Assembly: GCA_965246715.1 (NCBI GenBank)
Contig: CBDFFH010000020.1
Location: 128,001-192,000 of the forward strand
Reading direction: 5' to 3'
DNA length: 64,000 bases
Origin: Chamaesiphon sp.
Lineage (GTDB): Bacteria > Cyanobacteriota > Cyanobacteriia > Cyanobacteriales > Chamaesiphonaceae
Below, piece by piece: positions 43,218-51,233 of the stretch. How positions within the stretch are numbered: position 1 is the first letter of the stretch; each line of letters starts with the position of its first letter. The notes beneath the pieces are model-generated. The model was not told where the DNA came from. It saw nothing but the letters and a program-made list of their open reading frames with translations, and searched no databases. Both the position numbers and the translations under genes were made by a program.

Positions 43218-44207
43218 ATGACAACTCAAACTCCTGCACGAGATCGACTTCGATGGATCGATACAGATTTACCCAAGATCGATGATGGTAGCGACGTAAT
43301 TCAGGGATTGACCCAAACCCCTAAAACCCTTCCATGTAAATACTTCTATGACGATCGCGGCTCCGAACTATTCGAGCAAATTACCGATTTGCCTGAATAC
43401 TATCCCACCCGCACTGAACAAGCAATTCTCGAAACCTACGTCTCGGAAATCATCGCCCTCACTGGATCTTGCGAACTGATCGAACTCGGCAGTGGTAGCT
43501 CCCGCAAAACTCACACGTTGCTCACAGCCTATAGCCAGCTCCCAGACCCTCTACATTACTATCCGATCGATGTTAGCGCAGGAATTCTCCGTTCCACCGC
43601 CCTCGATCTACTCGCCACCTATTCTCAGCTCAATGTCTGCGGTGTCGCAGGTACCTACGAACGCGCCCTCGAAAATCTCCCACCCCGCATCATCGAAAAT
43701 CGGCTATTGATGTTCCTGGGTAGCACGATGGGCAATCTTGACGATCGATCTAGAAATATCTTCCTCACTCAAGTCCAGCAGGCTCTTCAACCTGGGGAAT
43801 TCTTTCTTTTGGGTGTAGACCTCCAAAAACCGATCGACGTTATGGAAGCAGCTTACAACGATGCTCAAGGAGTAACGGCGGCTTTTAATTTAAACGTATT
43901 GCAGCATCTGAACGAGCGATTCGATGGTAATTTTAATCTCGATAACTTCGAGCATTTAGCCTTCTTTAATTCCACTGCCAGCCAAATCGAAATGCACCTC
44001 AAGAGTTTGAGCGATCGAACCGTCAAATTGAAAGCTCTGGATCTAGAAATAAGCTTCAAAGCTGGTGAAACTATTCACACCGAAATCTCGCGGAAGTTTG
44101 ATATTCCGACGTTAACTGATATTCTGGCAAATCATGCACTCCATCCTCTAAAAGTCTGGACAGATCCTCAATCCTGGTTTGGTTTAGTTCTTTGTCAACG
44201 ACAATAG
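43218..44207 (+). CDS. egtD: L-histidine N-alpha-methyltransferase
   Basis: KYFYDDRGSELF, EYYPTRTE, ELGSG, AYNDAQGVTAAFN, TEISRKF. Confidence 0.88.
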   Translation: MTTQTPARDRLRWIDTDLPKIDDGSDVIQGLTQTPKTLPCKYFYDDRGSELFEQITDLPEYYPTRTEQAILETYVSEIIALTGSCELIELGSGSSRKTHTLLTAYSQLPDPLHYYPIDVSAGILRSTALDLLATYSQLNVCGVAGTYERALENLPPRIIENRLLMFLGSTMGNLDDRSRNIFLTQVQQALQPGEFFLLGVDLQKPIDVMEAAYNDAQGVTAAFNLNVLQHLNERFDGNFNLDNFEHLAFFNSTASQIEMHLKSLSDRTVKLKALDLEISFKAGETIHTEISRKFDIPTLTDILANHALHPLKVWTDPQSWFGLVLCQRQ

Positions 44208-44264
44208 ACCTCCTGCGAAAGTCCTACCGCGAACGATAAATTACCTAAAATATCGGAAAAACAA

Positions 44265-44948
44265 ATGCTTAATACCTTAGATAAAACCGATACAGAAATC
44301 AAGAATGATGTGCTGTCCGAACTCAAATATGAGCCAAGTATCAAAGTCACAGACATCGGTGTATTAGTAAAAGATGACATAGTGACACTCACTGGTTATA
44401 CCACCAGTTTTAACGATAAATTGACAGCCGTCCACGCTGTTAAACGGGTTGCCGGAGTAATCGCAATCGCCGACAACATCGAACTTCATATTCCTGATGC
44501 CAACCACCGCACCGACGGCGAGATCGCCGCCGCCGCTGCCCACCAAATTGAATGGTCTACCACAATCCCCGCTGAAACCGTCGGGATAACTATTCGGAAC
44601 GGTTGGGTCATCCTAGAGGGTGAAGTGGAGTGGTGGTATCAAAAGAATGCAGCAGAAGTCGCCGTGCGGCACCTATCGGGCGTTCGTGGGGTGTCTAATT
44701 CAATTTCGATTAAATCCACCGATAAAATCCCCGCAGTCGGTATCGATATTGAAGCAGCATTCGCTCGTAATGCTCTTTTAGATGCCAAACAGATCCGCAT
44801 CGAGATTGAGGGCAGTAAGGTAATGCTCCACGGCACAGTTCGGACTCTCGCCGAACGAGAAGAAGCCGAACGAGTCGCTTGGGCTGCTCAGGGGGTATTG
44901 TCAGTGGAGGATCATCTCGACGTAAAGTGGTCTAGTTTTGCCGAGTAG
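44265..44948 (+). CDS. BON domain (OsmY-like) protein
   Basis: Three BON-like repeats (VTLTG, VILEGEV, VMLHGTV..V.D.L). Confidence 0.85.
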   Translation: MLNTLDKTDTEIKNDVLSELKYEPSIKVTDIGVLVKDDIVTLTGYTTSFNDKLTAVHAVKRVAGVIAIADNIELHIPDANHRTDGEIAAAAAHQIEWSTTIPAETVGITIRNGWVILEGEVEWWYQKNAAEVAVRHLSGVRGVSNSISIKSTDKIPAVGIDIEAAFARNALLDAKQIRIEIEGSKVMLHGTVRTLAEREEAERVAWAAQGVLSVEDHLDVKWSSFAE

Positions 44949-44993
44949 CAATAGCAGTATGGATGTAGTCGTCACCAACAGGAGCGCGTCGAG

Positions 44994-45566
44994 ATGGAGA
45001 AAGGGAGATTAACAGCATTCAGTGATGGTGTCATCGCCATTATCATCACGATTATGGTGTTGGAATTGAAAGTGCCTCACGGAGATAATTTAGCCGCATT
45101 GCGTCCGCTAATTCCCGTATTTGTGAGCTATGTCCTGAGCTTTATCTATTTGGGAATTTATTGGAATAATCATCACCATTTATTTCAGGTAGTGCAGTAC
45201 GTCAATGGTCGAGTTTTGTGGGCCAATCTGCATCTATTATTCTGGCTGTCACTGATTCCCTTTGTCACTGCCTGGATGGGTGAAAACTATTTCACTGCCG
45301 TACCAGTTACCTTGTATGGTGGTGTACTGTTGTTTGCCGCAATTGCTTATTCGATCCTGATTGTGACTCTCATTGCCCATCATGGCAAAGATTCGACGAT
45401 CGCGACTGCGATCGGGAGAGACTTTAAGGGTAAAGTATCGTTAGCGATCTATACCATCGCAATTCCGCTTGCCTTTGCTAATTCATGGTTAGCTTTTAGC
45501 CTCTATATATTGGTAGCAATTATATGGTTAATTCCAGATCGTCGGATTGAAAGATCGATGATCTGA
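44994..45566 (+). CDS. TMEM175 family K+ channel
   Basis: RLTAFSDGVIAIIITIMVL signature, YWNNHHH. Confidence 0.9.
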   Translation: MEKGRLTAFSDGVIAIIITIMVLELKVPHGDNLAALRPLIPVFVSYVLSFIYLGIYWNNHHHLFQVVQYVNGRVLWANLHLLFWLSLIPFVTAWMGENYFTAVPVTLYGGVLLFAAIAYSILIVTLIAHHGKDSTIATAIGRDFKGKVSLAIYTIAIPLAFANSWLAFSLYILVAIIWLIPDRRIERSMI

Positions 45567-45625
45567 TCGAAGTATCACCAGACCGCTATCTACGCCAGTA
45601 ACTCGAACTATTTACAATTGGATCG

Positions 45626-45649
45626 TTCACAAAGTGTGGGCTTTGCCCA
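45626..45649 (+). mobile_element. 24-nt double-hairpin mini-element (intergenic)
   Basis: CG^[TT CAC-AAA-GTG TGGGC-TTT-GCCCA]ATCG. Confidence 0.75.
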
Positions 45650-45692
45650 ATCGCATAGACTTACTAAATTCACTCACATCAGAGGTAATTAA

Positions 45693-46430
45693 ATGATTAC
45701 TACAGCTATCCACACAATTCACGATTCTCCTTCGGAGAGGCTACACCAACGCAATCTCCGAGGACATAGCAAAATCGGCTGGCTCGATAGCTGGCACACC
45801 TTTTCATTCAGTGGTTTTCAAGATCCCAATCGGATGGGTTTTCGTTCGCTGCGAGTAATTAATGACGACCGAGTGATTCCTGGTGCGGGATTTGGCACAC
45901 ACTCACACCGCGATATGGAAATTCTCACCTACGTTTTAGAAGGAGAATTAGCACATAAAGATAGCCTGGGCACTGGCTCGGTCATTTTCCCTGGCGACGT
46001 GCAAATTATGAGTGCGGGGACGGGAATTCAACACAGCGAATTTAATAATTCCGATAGCGAACCCGTCCATTTTCTGCAAATTTGGATGTTACCAGATCGG
46101 CAGAATATCACTCCACGTTACGATCAACGCAATTTTCCATTAGCCGAAAAACAGGGGAAATTACGGCTGGTTGGTTCCAAAGATGGACGAGATGGTTCGG
46201 TGGTAATCAATCAAGATATTAACCTCTATGTCTCGGTACTGTCGGCAGGCGATGCAATCGAGTTTGAGGTAAAGCCTAATCGTTTTGCCTGGGTTCAAGT
46301 CGCACGGGGTATCGCAACACTCAATGGCGAATCATTACGTGAAGGTGATGGGGTACAAATTAACAGTCCAGAATTGCTAGAAATAACTACCGAATCTAAC
46401 GCTGAAATTTTATTATTCGATCTGTCCTAA
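45693..46430 (+). CDS. Pirin family protein, copy 2 (8-aa insert)
   Basis: Close paralog of 41239-41952 with extra SPSERLHQ. Confidence 0.9.
   Translation: MITTAIHTIHDSPSERLHQRNLRGHSKIGWLDSWHTFSFSGFQDPNRMGFRSLRVINDDRVIPGAGFGTHSHRDMEILTYVLEGELAHKDSLGTGSVIFPGDVQIMSAGTGIQHSEFNNSDSEPVHFLQIWMLPDRQNITPRYDQRNFPLAEKQGKLRLVGSKDGRDGSVVINQDINLYVSVLSAGDAIEFEVKPNRFAWVQVARGIATLNGESLREGDGVQINSPELLEITTESNAEILLFDLS
45726..45749 (-). mobile_element. 24-nt double-hairpin mini-element in pirin copy 2
   Basis: CGAT^[TCTCCTTCGGAGAGGCTACACCAA]CG; absent in paralog. Confidence 0.9.
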
Positions 46431-46582
46431 AACTCGATTTCATAGACATTATCGAGATCCCGATCGATGAATTGTTACTCGTCAATCGGCATGTTTCGAG
46501 TGAGGTAAACATTTTAATTTAATCCTAACGGAAAATTATCTGTCGATAAGCCATCACCAAAACGATCGAGGAGTCCATTGTT

Positions 46583-46969
46583 ATGAATGCAACCAACGGC
46601 ATTATCACCCAGCCTAGCCCCTACTCAGTGGCTGAAACCATCGATCGATTAGCAGCCGTCCTTGAGGCAAAAGGCATCACCATTTTTGCCCGCATCGACC
46701 AACAGGCTGAAGCCGAAAAAGTCGGACTTAAGCTGAGTCCGACACAGTTGTTATTGTTTGGCAGCCCTCAAGCCGGAACGCCGCTGATGGTGGCGGAACC
46801 GACGATCGCGCTAGATTTACCCCTGAAAGTACTGGCATGGGCAGCGACCGATGGCAAAGTGTGGCTGAGTTACAACGATCCCAACTATTTACAGCAGCGG
46901 TTCTCGCTCTCGGATGAGTTGGTGAAGAACATCGCTGTCATCGCGCCTTTAATCGATTACCTCCGGTAG
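46583..46969 (+). CDS. DUF302 domain protein, C-terminus clipped by a mini-element
   Basis: IFARID, FGSPQAGTPLM, LDLPLK. Confidence 0.8.
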   Translation: MNATNGIITQPSPYSVAETIDRLAAVLEAKGITIFARIDQQAEAEKVGLKLSPTQLLLFGSPQAGTPLMVAEPTIALDLPLKVLAWAATDGKVWLSYNDPNYLQQRFSLSDELVKNIAVIAPLIDYLR

Positions 46970-46979
46970 GCTACGCCAA
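46958..46979 (-). mobile_element. 22-nt double-hairpin mini-element
   Basis: CGAT^[TACCTCCGGTAGGCTACGCCAA]CG; supplies the TAG stop. Confidence 0.8.
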
Positions 46980-47068
46980 CGAGCACTAAGCAACTCACAC
47001 TGAGATGACTGGTGGAATTGCACGCTTGATCGTCGATATCCCTCTATTACTGCTAGGAAAGATAAAAA

Positions 47069-48097
47069 ATGCAAATCGGATTTATTGGACTTGGGCGGAT
47101 GGGCGCGAACATGGTGCGACGATTGCTGCACCATGGACAGGAGTGCGTGGTGTACAACCGCTCACCTGAAAAAGTGAACCAACTGACCGCAGAAGGCGCA
47201 ACTGGCGTTTCGAGCTTGGACGAACTCGTCGAGCGACTCAACCCACCGCGAGCCATCTGGCTGATGGTTCCGGCTGGCGATCCCACCGAACAGATAGTCG
47301 AACAGCTCGCCCAAAGGCTAGAGCCTGGAGATATCTTAATCGACGGCGGTAACTCTTACTACGTTGACGATCTGCGGCGTGCTCAAGCAGTTGCCGATCG
47401 CGGAATTCACTATCTGGATGTGGGCACTAGTGGCGGGGTGTGGGGACGAGAGCGCGGCTACTGCATGATGATTGGCGGCAAAGCAGAGGCTGTCAAACAC
47501 CTCGATCCTGTCTTTAAAGCACTCGCGCCAGGAGTAGGCACGATCGATCGCACGCCGGGGCGGGATAAAGTAGGTGGCACGCCCGAAGAAGGCTATCTCC
47601 ACTGTGGCACCAGCGGCGCGGGGCACTTCGTTAAAATGGTACATAACGGCATCGAGTACGGCATGATGGCGGCTTATGCCGAGGGACTCAATATTCTGCA
47701 TCAAGCCAATGTGGGGAAGCGATCGCGCGAGTTTGATGCTGAAACCGCACCGATGCGCGACCCAGAACACTATCAGTATGACTTTAACCTGCCAGACATT
47801 ACCGAAGTGTGGCGACGGGGCAGTGTGATTTCATCGTGGCTATTAGATCTAACCGCGATCGCCCTACTCGAACAACCCGACTTAGCCAAGTATACAGGGC
47901 GAGTGTCAGATTCTGGGGAGGGGCGTTGGACATTAATTGCCGCCATTGATGAAGGCGTTCCGGCTCCCGTGCTCAATGCCGCCGTCAATCAACGATTTGC
48001 TTCACGCGGTGCCGAAGACTTTGCCAACAAATTACTCTCGGCGATGCGGATGCAGTTTGGCGGACACGAGGAACAACATACGGAGATTAGATCGTGA
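47069..48097 (+). CDS. gnd: 6-phosphogluconate dehydrogenase (short, YqeC-type)
   Basis: [44 protein letters not shown]. Confidence 0.92.
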   Translation: MQIGFIGLGRMGANMVRRLLHHGQECVVYNRSPEKVNQLTAEGATGVSSLDELVERLNPPRAIWLMVPAGDPTEQIVEQLAQRLEPGDILIDGGNSYYVDDLRRAQAVADRGIHYLDVGTSGGVWGRERGYCMMIGGKAEAVKHLDPVFKALAPGVGTIDRTPGRDKVGGTPEEGYLHCGTSGAGHFVKMVHNGIEYGMMAAYAEGLNILHQANVGKRSREFDAETAPMRDPEHYQYDFNLPDITEVWRRGSVISSWLLDLTAIALLEQPDLAKYTGRVSDSGEGRWTLIAAIDEGVPAPVLNAAVNQRFASRGAEDFANKLLSAMRMQFGGHEEQHTEIRS

Positions 48098-48212
48098 CAA
48101 ATCCTCTAAAACTGTCCAATCTCTGGATCGTGGCGATCGCTGTGTGAGTTTTGCCGCCTGAATTTAGGCGAACCCTACTTCGATTCATCCAACTAATTTG
48201 GAGCTTTAAACT

Positions 48213-49511
48213 TTGAATGAGACTCGATATCCGACGGTGATGCTAGGTGGCGGCTTCGTCGGATTGTTTGCCGCCCTGCATCTACATCATCAACGCTATT
48301 CAGTGCCGACGCTCTTAATCGATTCTCCAGAGGAGAGGCTCCGCCAACGAGAATGGAATTTTACCTTCAAACCGCTACTATATGAATTCCTCAGCGGCGA
48401 AATGAACGATCGACTGATTCGGCTGCGTTACGATGACTTGCTCAAGCATACGGGAATTGCCTTTGTCAAAGATGAAATCGTTCAAATCGATCTGCACCAG
48501 CAGCAAATTTACCTGGCATCTGGCTTGCACTATCGATATGAAAATTTAGTGCTCGCTTTGGGCAGCGTCACCAATTATCTCAATGTGCCTGGAGCGCAAG
48601 ACAATACCATTGCGTTTCGGACGGACGGGGATGCGATGACCCTCGGACAACATTTGCGCGATCGTCTCCAGCAAGCCAGCCAAACTCAAGATCCCGACCT
48701 GCGGCGACAGATGCTCACGGTCGCAATTTTAGGCGCGGGACGATCTGGTGTCGAACTCGCAGGCACATTGGCGGATTTACTGCCAGAATGGTACGCGCCG
48801 TTGGGTGGAATGGTAGCAGAAATCCGCCTGACGCTCGTCCAGCGCGGGCAGGACATTCTCAAAGGCGATCCCGAACAACTGCGGAAAGTAGCAGAAGTAG
48901 CATTGCAGCACCGAGCCATTCCAGTAGAATTATGCTTGGAATCAGAAGTCAAATCGGTACGTGCTGGTGAAGTCGAGCTAATCCGGCACGATTCTCTTCT
49001 AGAGACGCTCCGCGATCGAGTCGAAACGCTGACCGCTGGCACCATCATCTGGACGACAGGCACGACTCCCCACCCCCTAATTAAAACATTGCCGATTGCC
49101 AACGAGCATCGCGATCGTGCCGCTCGACTGCACGTTACTCCGACATTGCAGCTTCCTGATTTTCCCAATGTGTTTGCAGCAGGCGATTGTGTCACCAATC
49201 CAGAACATCCGCTGCCAACTATCGCCCAAGTCGCTTACCAACAAGGAGCAGCAATTGCCTACAATCTCCAAGCTCTAGCGGAAAACCGCTCGCTCGTCCC
49301 TGCTAAAGTGCAGCTACGGGGCACTTTGATGAAGCTAGGGCTTGCCGAAAGTGTGGCGGAGATCTTCGATCGGATCGAAGTCAAGGGCAATCTCGGTCAT
49401 TTGCTCAGACAAGCGACCTATATCGAAATGCTTCCTACGCCTGCCCGCAATTTTAAAGCAACGGCAGAATGGCTCTCGGATGGAGTCTTCGACCGCATCA
49501 CTGGAACTTAA
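48213..49511 (+). CDS. Type II NADH dehydrogenase-like flavoprotein with two 8-aa inserts
   Basis: GGGFVG, FKPLLYE, GAGRSGVELA, FAAGD, AQVAYQQG; TTG start after GGAG. Confidence 0.82.
   Translation: MNETRYPTVMLGGGFVGLFAALHLHHQRYSVPTLLIDSPEERLRQREWNFTFKPLLYEFLSGEMNDRLIRLRYDDLLKHTGIAFVKDEIVQIDLHQQQIYLASGLHYRYENLVLALGSVTNYLNVPGAQDNTIAFRTDGDAMTLGQHLRDRLQQASQTQDPDLRRQMLTVAILGAGRSGVELAGTLADLLPEWYAPLGGMVAEIRLTLVQRGQDILKGDPEQLRKVAEVALQHRAIPVELCLESEVKSVRAGEVELIRHDSLLETLRDRVETLTAGTIIWTTGTTPHPLIKTLPIANEHRDRAARLHVTPTLQLPDFPNVFAAGDCVTNPEHPLPTIAQVAYQQGAAIAYNLQALAENRSLVPAKVQLRGTLMKLGLAESVAEIFDRIEVKGNLGHLLRQATYIEMLPTPARNFKATAEWLSDGVFDRITGT
48324..48347 (-). mobile_element. 24-nt double-hairpin mini-element
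   Basis: CGAT^[TCTCCAGAGGAGAGGCTCCGCCAA]CG; LID-SPEERLRQ-RE. Confidence 0.85.
48993..49016 (-). mobile_element. 24-nt double-hairpin mini-element
   Basis: CGAT^[TCTCTTCTAGAGACGCTCCGCGAT]CG; HD-SLLETLRD-RV. Confidence 0.78.
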
Positions 49512-49585
49512 TCCCAGATCGGCAGCGATCGAACTTTTGGCATCAAACAACCGATCGCAATCTCAATCCATCAGCGGTAACGAAG

Positions 49586-50395
49586 ATGACAAACTCACCC
49601 AAACGGAGATCGCTACACTGGGCAGAATACGCCGCCGAAGGGTTAGGAACTGGATTATTAGTCTTTGTCGGACTCAGTGCTGTCGTGTTTAACTTTGGCA
49701 AAGGGCTACCGATGGAAAGCTGGGTTCCAGATCTGAGTATGCGTCGTCTATTGACTGGGCTGATGTTTTCGGGCACGGGTTCGCTGATTGCGATTTCGCC
49801 GCTGGGCAAGCTCAGTGGTGCTCACATTAATCCATCGCTATCGTTAGCATTCTGGCTGCAAGGAAAAATGCAGCATCAGGATTTGGTCGGCTATATTATC
49901 GCTCAATGTGTGGGCGCGATCGTCGGTGCAGTGCTACTGGTGAGGGTTTGGGGAGTATATGCCGCCAGCGTGAATAATGGGATGACTCTGCCTGGGAACA
50001 ACTATACCTTGGGGACGGTATTTCTAGCAGAAGTCAGTATGACCTGGTTATTGGTATTGCTGATTTTTTGGTTTGTCAGTAATCCTCGCTTGTTGCGGTG
50101 GACTCCCGTGATGACTTGGATTGTGGTTGCCGTAATGGTGTGGCTAGAATCGCCCATTTCAGGGACAAGCCTCAATTCCGCTCGAAGTCTCGGCCCCGCC
50201 TTGGTCAGTCACAACTGGAGCGATTGGTGGATTTATGCGATCGCGCCGCTGTGTGGAGCCACGATCGCGGTGGTCGTCTTTCGCTACTTCGAGCGCGATG
50301 TGCTCACAGGTAAGCTGTTTCATGTATCTCACTATCGGAGCATTTTCAAAAATGTCACAGCTCCATGTCTACAGAATGGTCGCCTCAGTCGTTAA
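49586..50395 (+). CDS. MIP/aquaporin family channel
   Basis: AEGLGT, SGAHINPS, SGTSLNSARSLGP, WIY..P. Confidence 0.88.
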   Translation: MTNSPKRRSLHWAEYAAEGLGTGLLVFVGLSAVVFNFGKGLPMESWVPDLSMRRLLTGLMFSGTGSLIAISPLGKLSGAHINPSLSLAFWLQGKMQHQDLVGYIIAQCVGAIVGAVLLVRVWGVYAASVNNGMTLPGNNYTLGTVFLAEVSMTWLLVLLIFWFVSNPRLLRWTPVMTWIVVAVMVWLESPISGTSLNSARSLGPALVSHNWSDWWIYAIAPLCGATIAVVVFRYFERDVLTGKLFHVSHYRSIFKNVTAPCLQNGRLSR

Positions 50396-50416
50396 ATTTG
50401 GTTAGGAGAATACAGC

Positions 50417-51208
50417 GTGAAGTTAGCCGAAAAAGTCGCATTAGTAACGGGTAGTAGTGGAGGCATCGGACAAGCGATCGCCATTCGACTAGCCGAAGAA
50501 GGAGCCGATATCGTCATTGACTATCGATCGCACCCCGATGGTGCCGCCGAGACTAAATCGCAAGTTGAAGCCACCGGACGCAAAGGGCATATCGTTCGCG
50601 CCGATTTAGGCGAGGTTGAAGATGTTTTCAAACTGATTGCCGAAGCTATTCACACCTTTGGCAAACTGGATATTCTCGTCAATAATGCGGGGCTTGAGCA
50701 AAAAGCCGATTTTTGGGATGTGACCGAAGCCGATTACGTTGGTCGAAGACCTGCCTTCGGCAATCGCGTGATTAATGTCAATCTCAAAGGTGTATTTTTT
50801 GCCACCCAAGCGATCGTTAAACATCTCAAAGAAACCAACCGTCCTGGCAAAATTGTTAACATTAGTTCCGTACATGAAGAGTTGCCATTTCCACATTTTA
50901 CGTCCTACTGTATCAGTAAAGGCGGCGTAAAAATGATGATGCGAAATTTAGCAGTCGAACTCGGATCGCTGGGCATCAATATTAATAATGTGGCACCAGG
51001 GGCGATCGAAACTCCCCTCAATACTGAGTTGCTCAACAATCCCGCCCAATTGAATGCCGTGCTAAAAAATATTCCCCTGGGGCGATTGGGAAAACCCGAA
51101 GATGTCGCCGCATTGGTGTCATTCCTAGCTTCATCGGATGCAGACTACATCACCGGATCGACGTTTTATGTGGATGGCGGACTGCTCTGGAACTATCAAG
51201 AACAGTAA
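50417..51208 (+). CDS. Glucose 1-dehydrogenase-like SDR with 8-aa insert
   Basis: [31 protein letters not shown]. Confidence 0.82.
   Translation: MKLAEKVALVTGSSGGIGQAIAIRLAEEGADIVIDYRSHPDGAAETKSQVEATGRKGHIVRADLGEVEDVFKLIAEAIHTFGKLDILVNNAGLEQKADFWDVTEADYVGRRPAFGNRVINVNLKGVFFATQAIVKHLKETNRPGKIVNISSVHEELPFPHFTSYCISKGGVKMMMRNLAVELGSLGININNVAPGAIETPLNTELLNNPAQLNAVLKNIPLGRLGKPEDVAALVSFLASSDADYITGSTFYVDGGLLWNYQEQ
50739..50762 (+). mobile_element. 24-nt double-hairpin mini-element
   Basis: CG^[TT GGTC-GAA-GACC TGCC-TTC-GGCA][17 protein letters not shown] reverts to DYDRV. Confidence 0.85.
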
Positions 51209-51233
51209 TCGAAAAAATTATTGCAGGGTGGAT

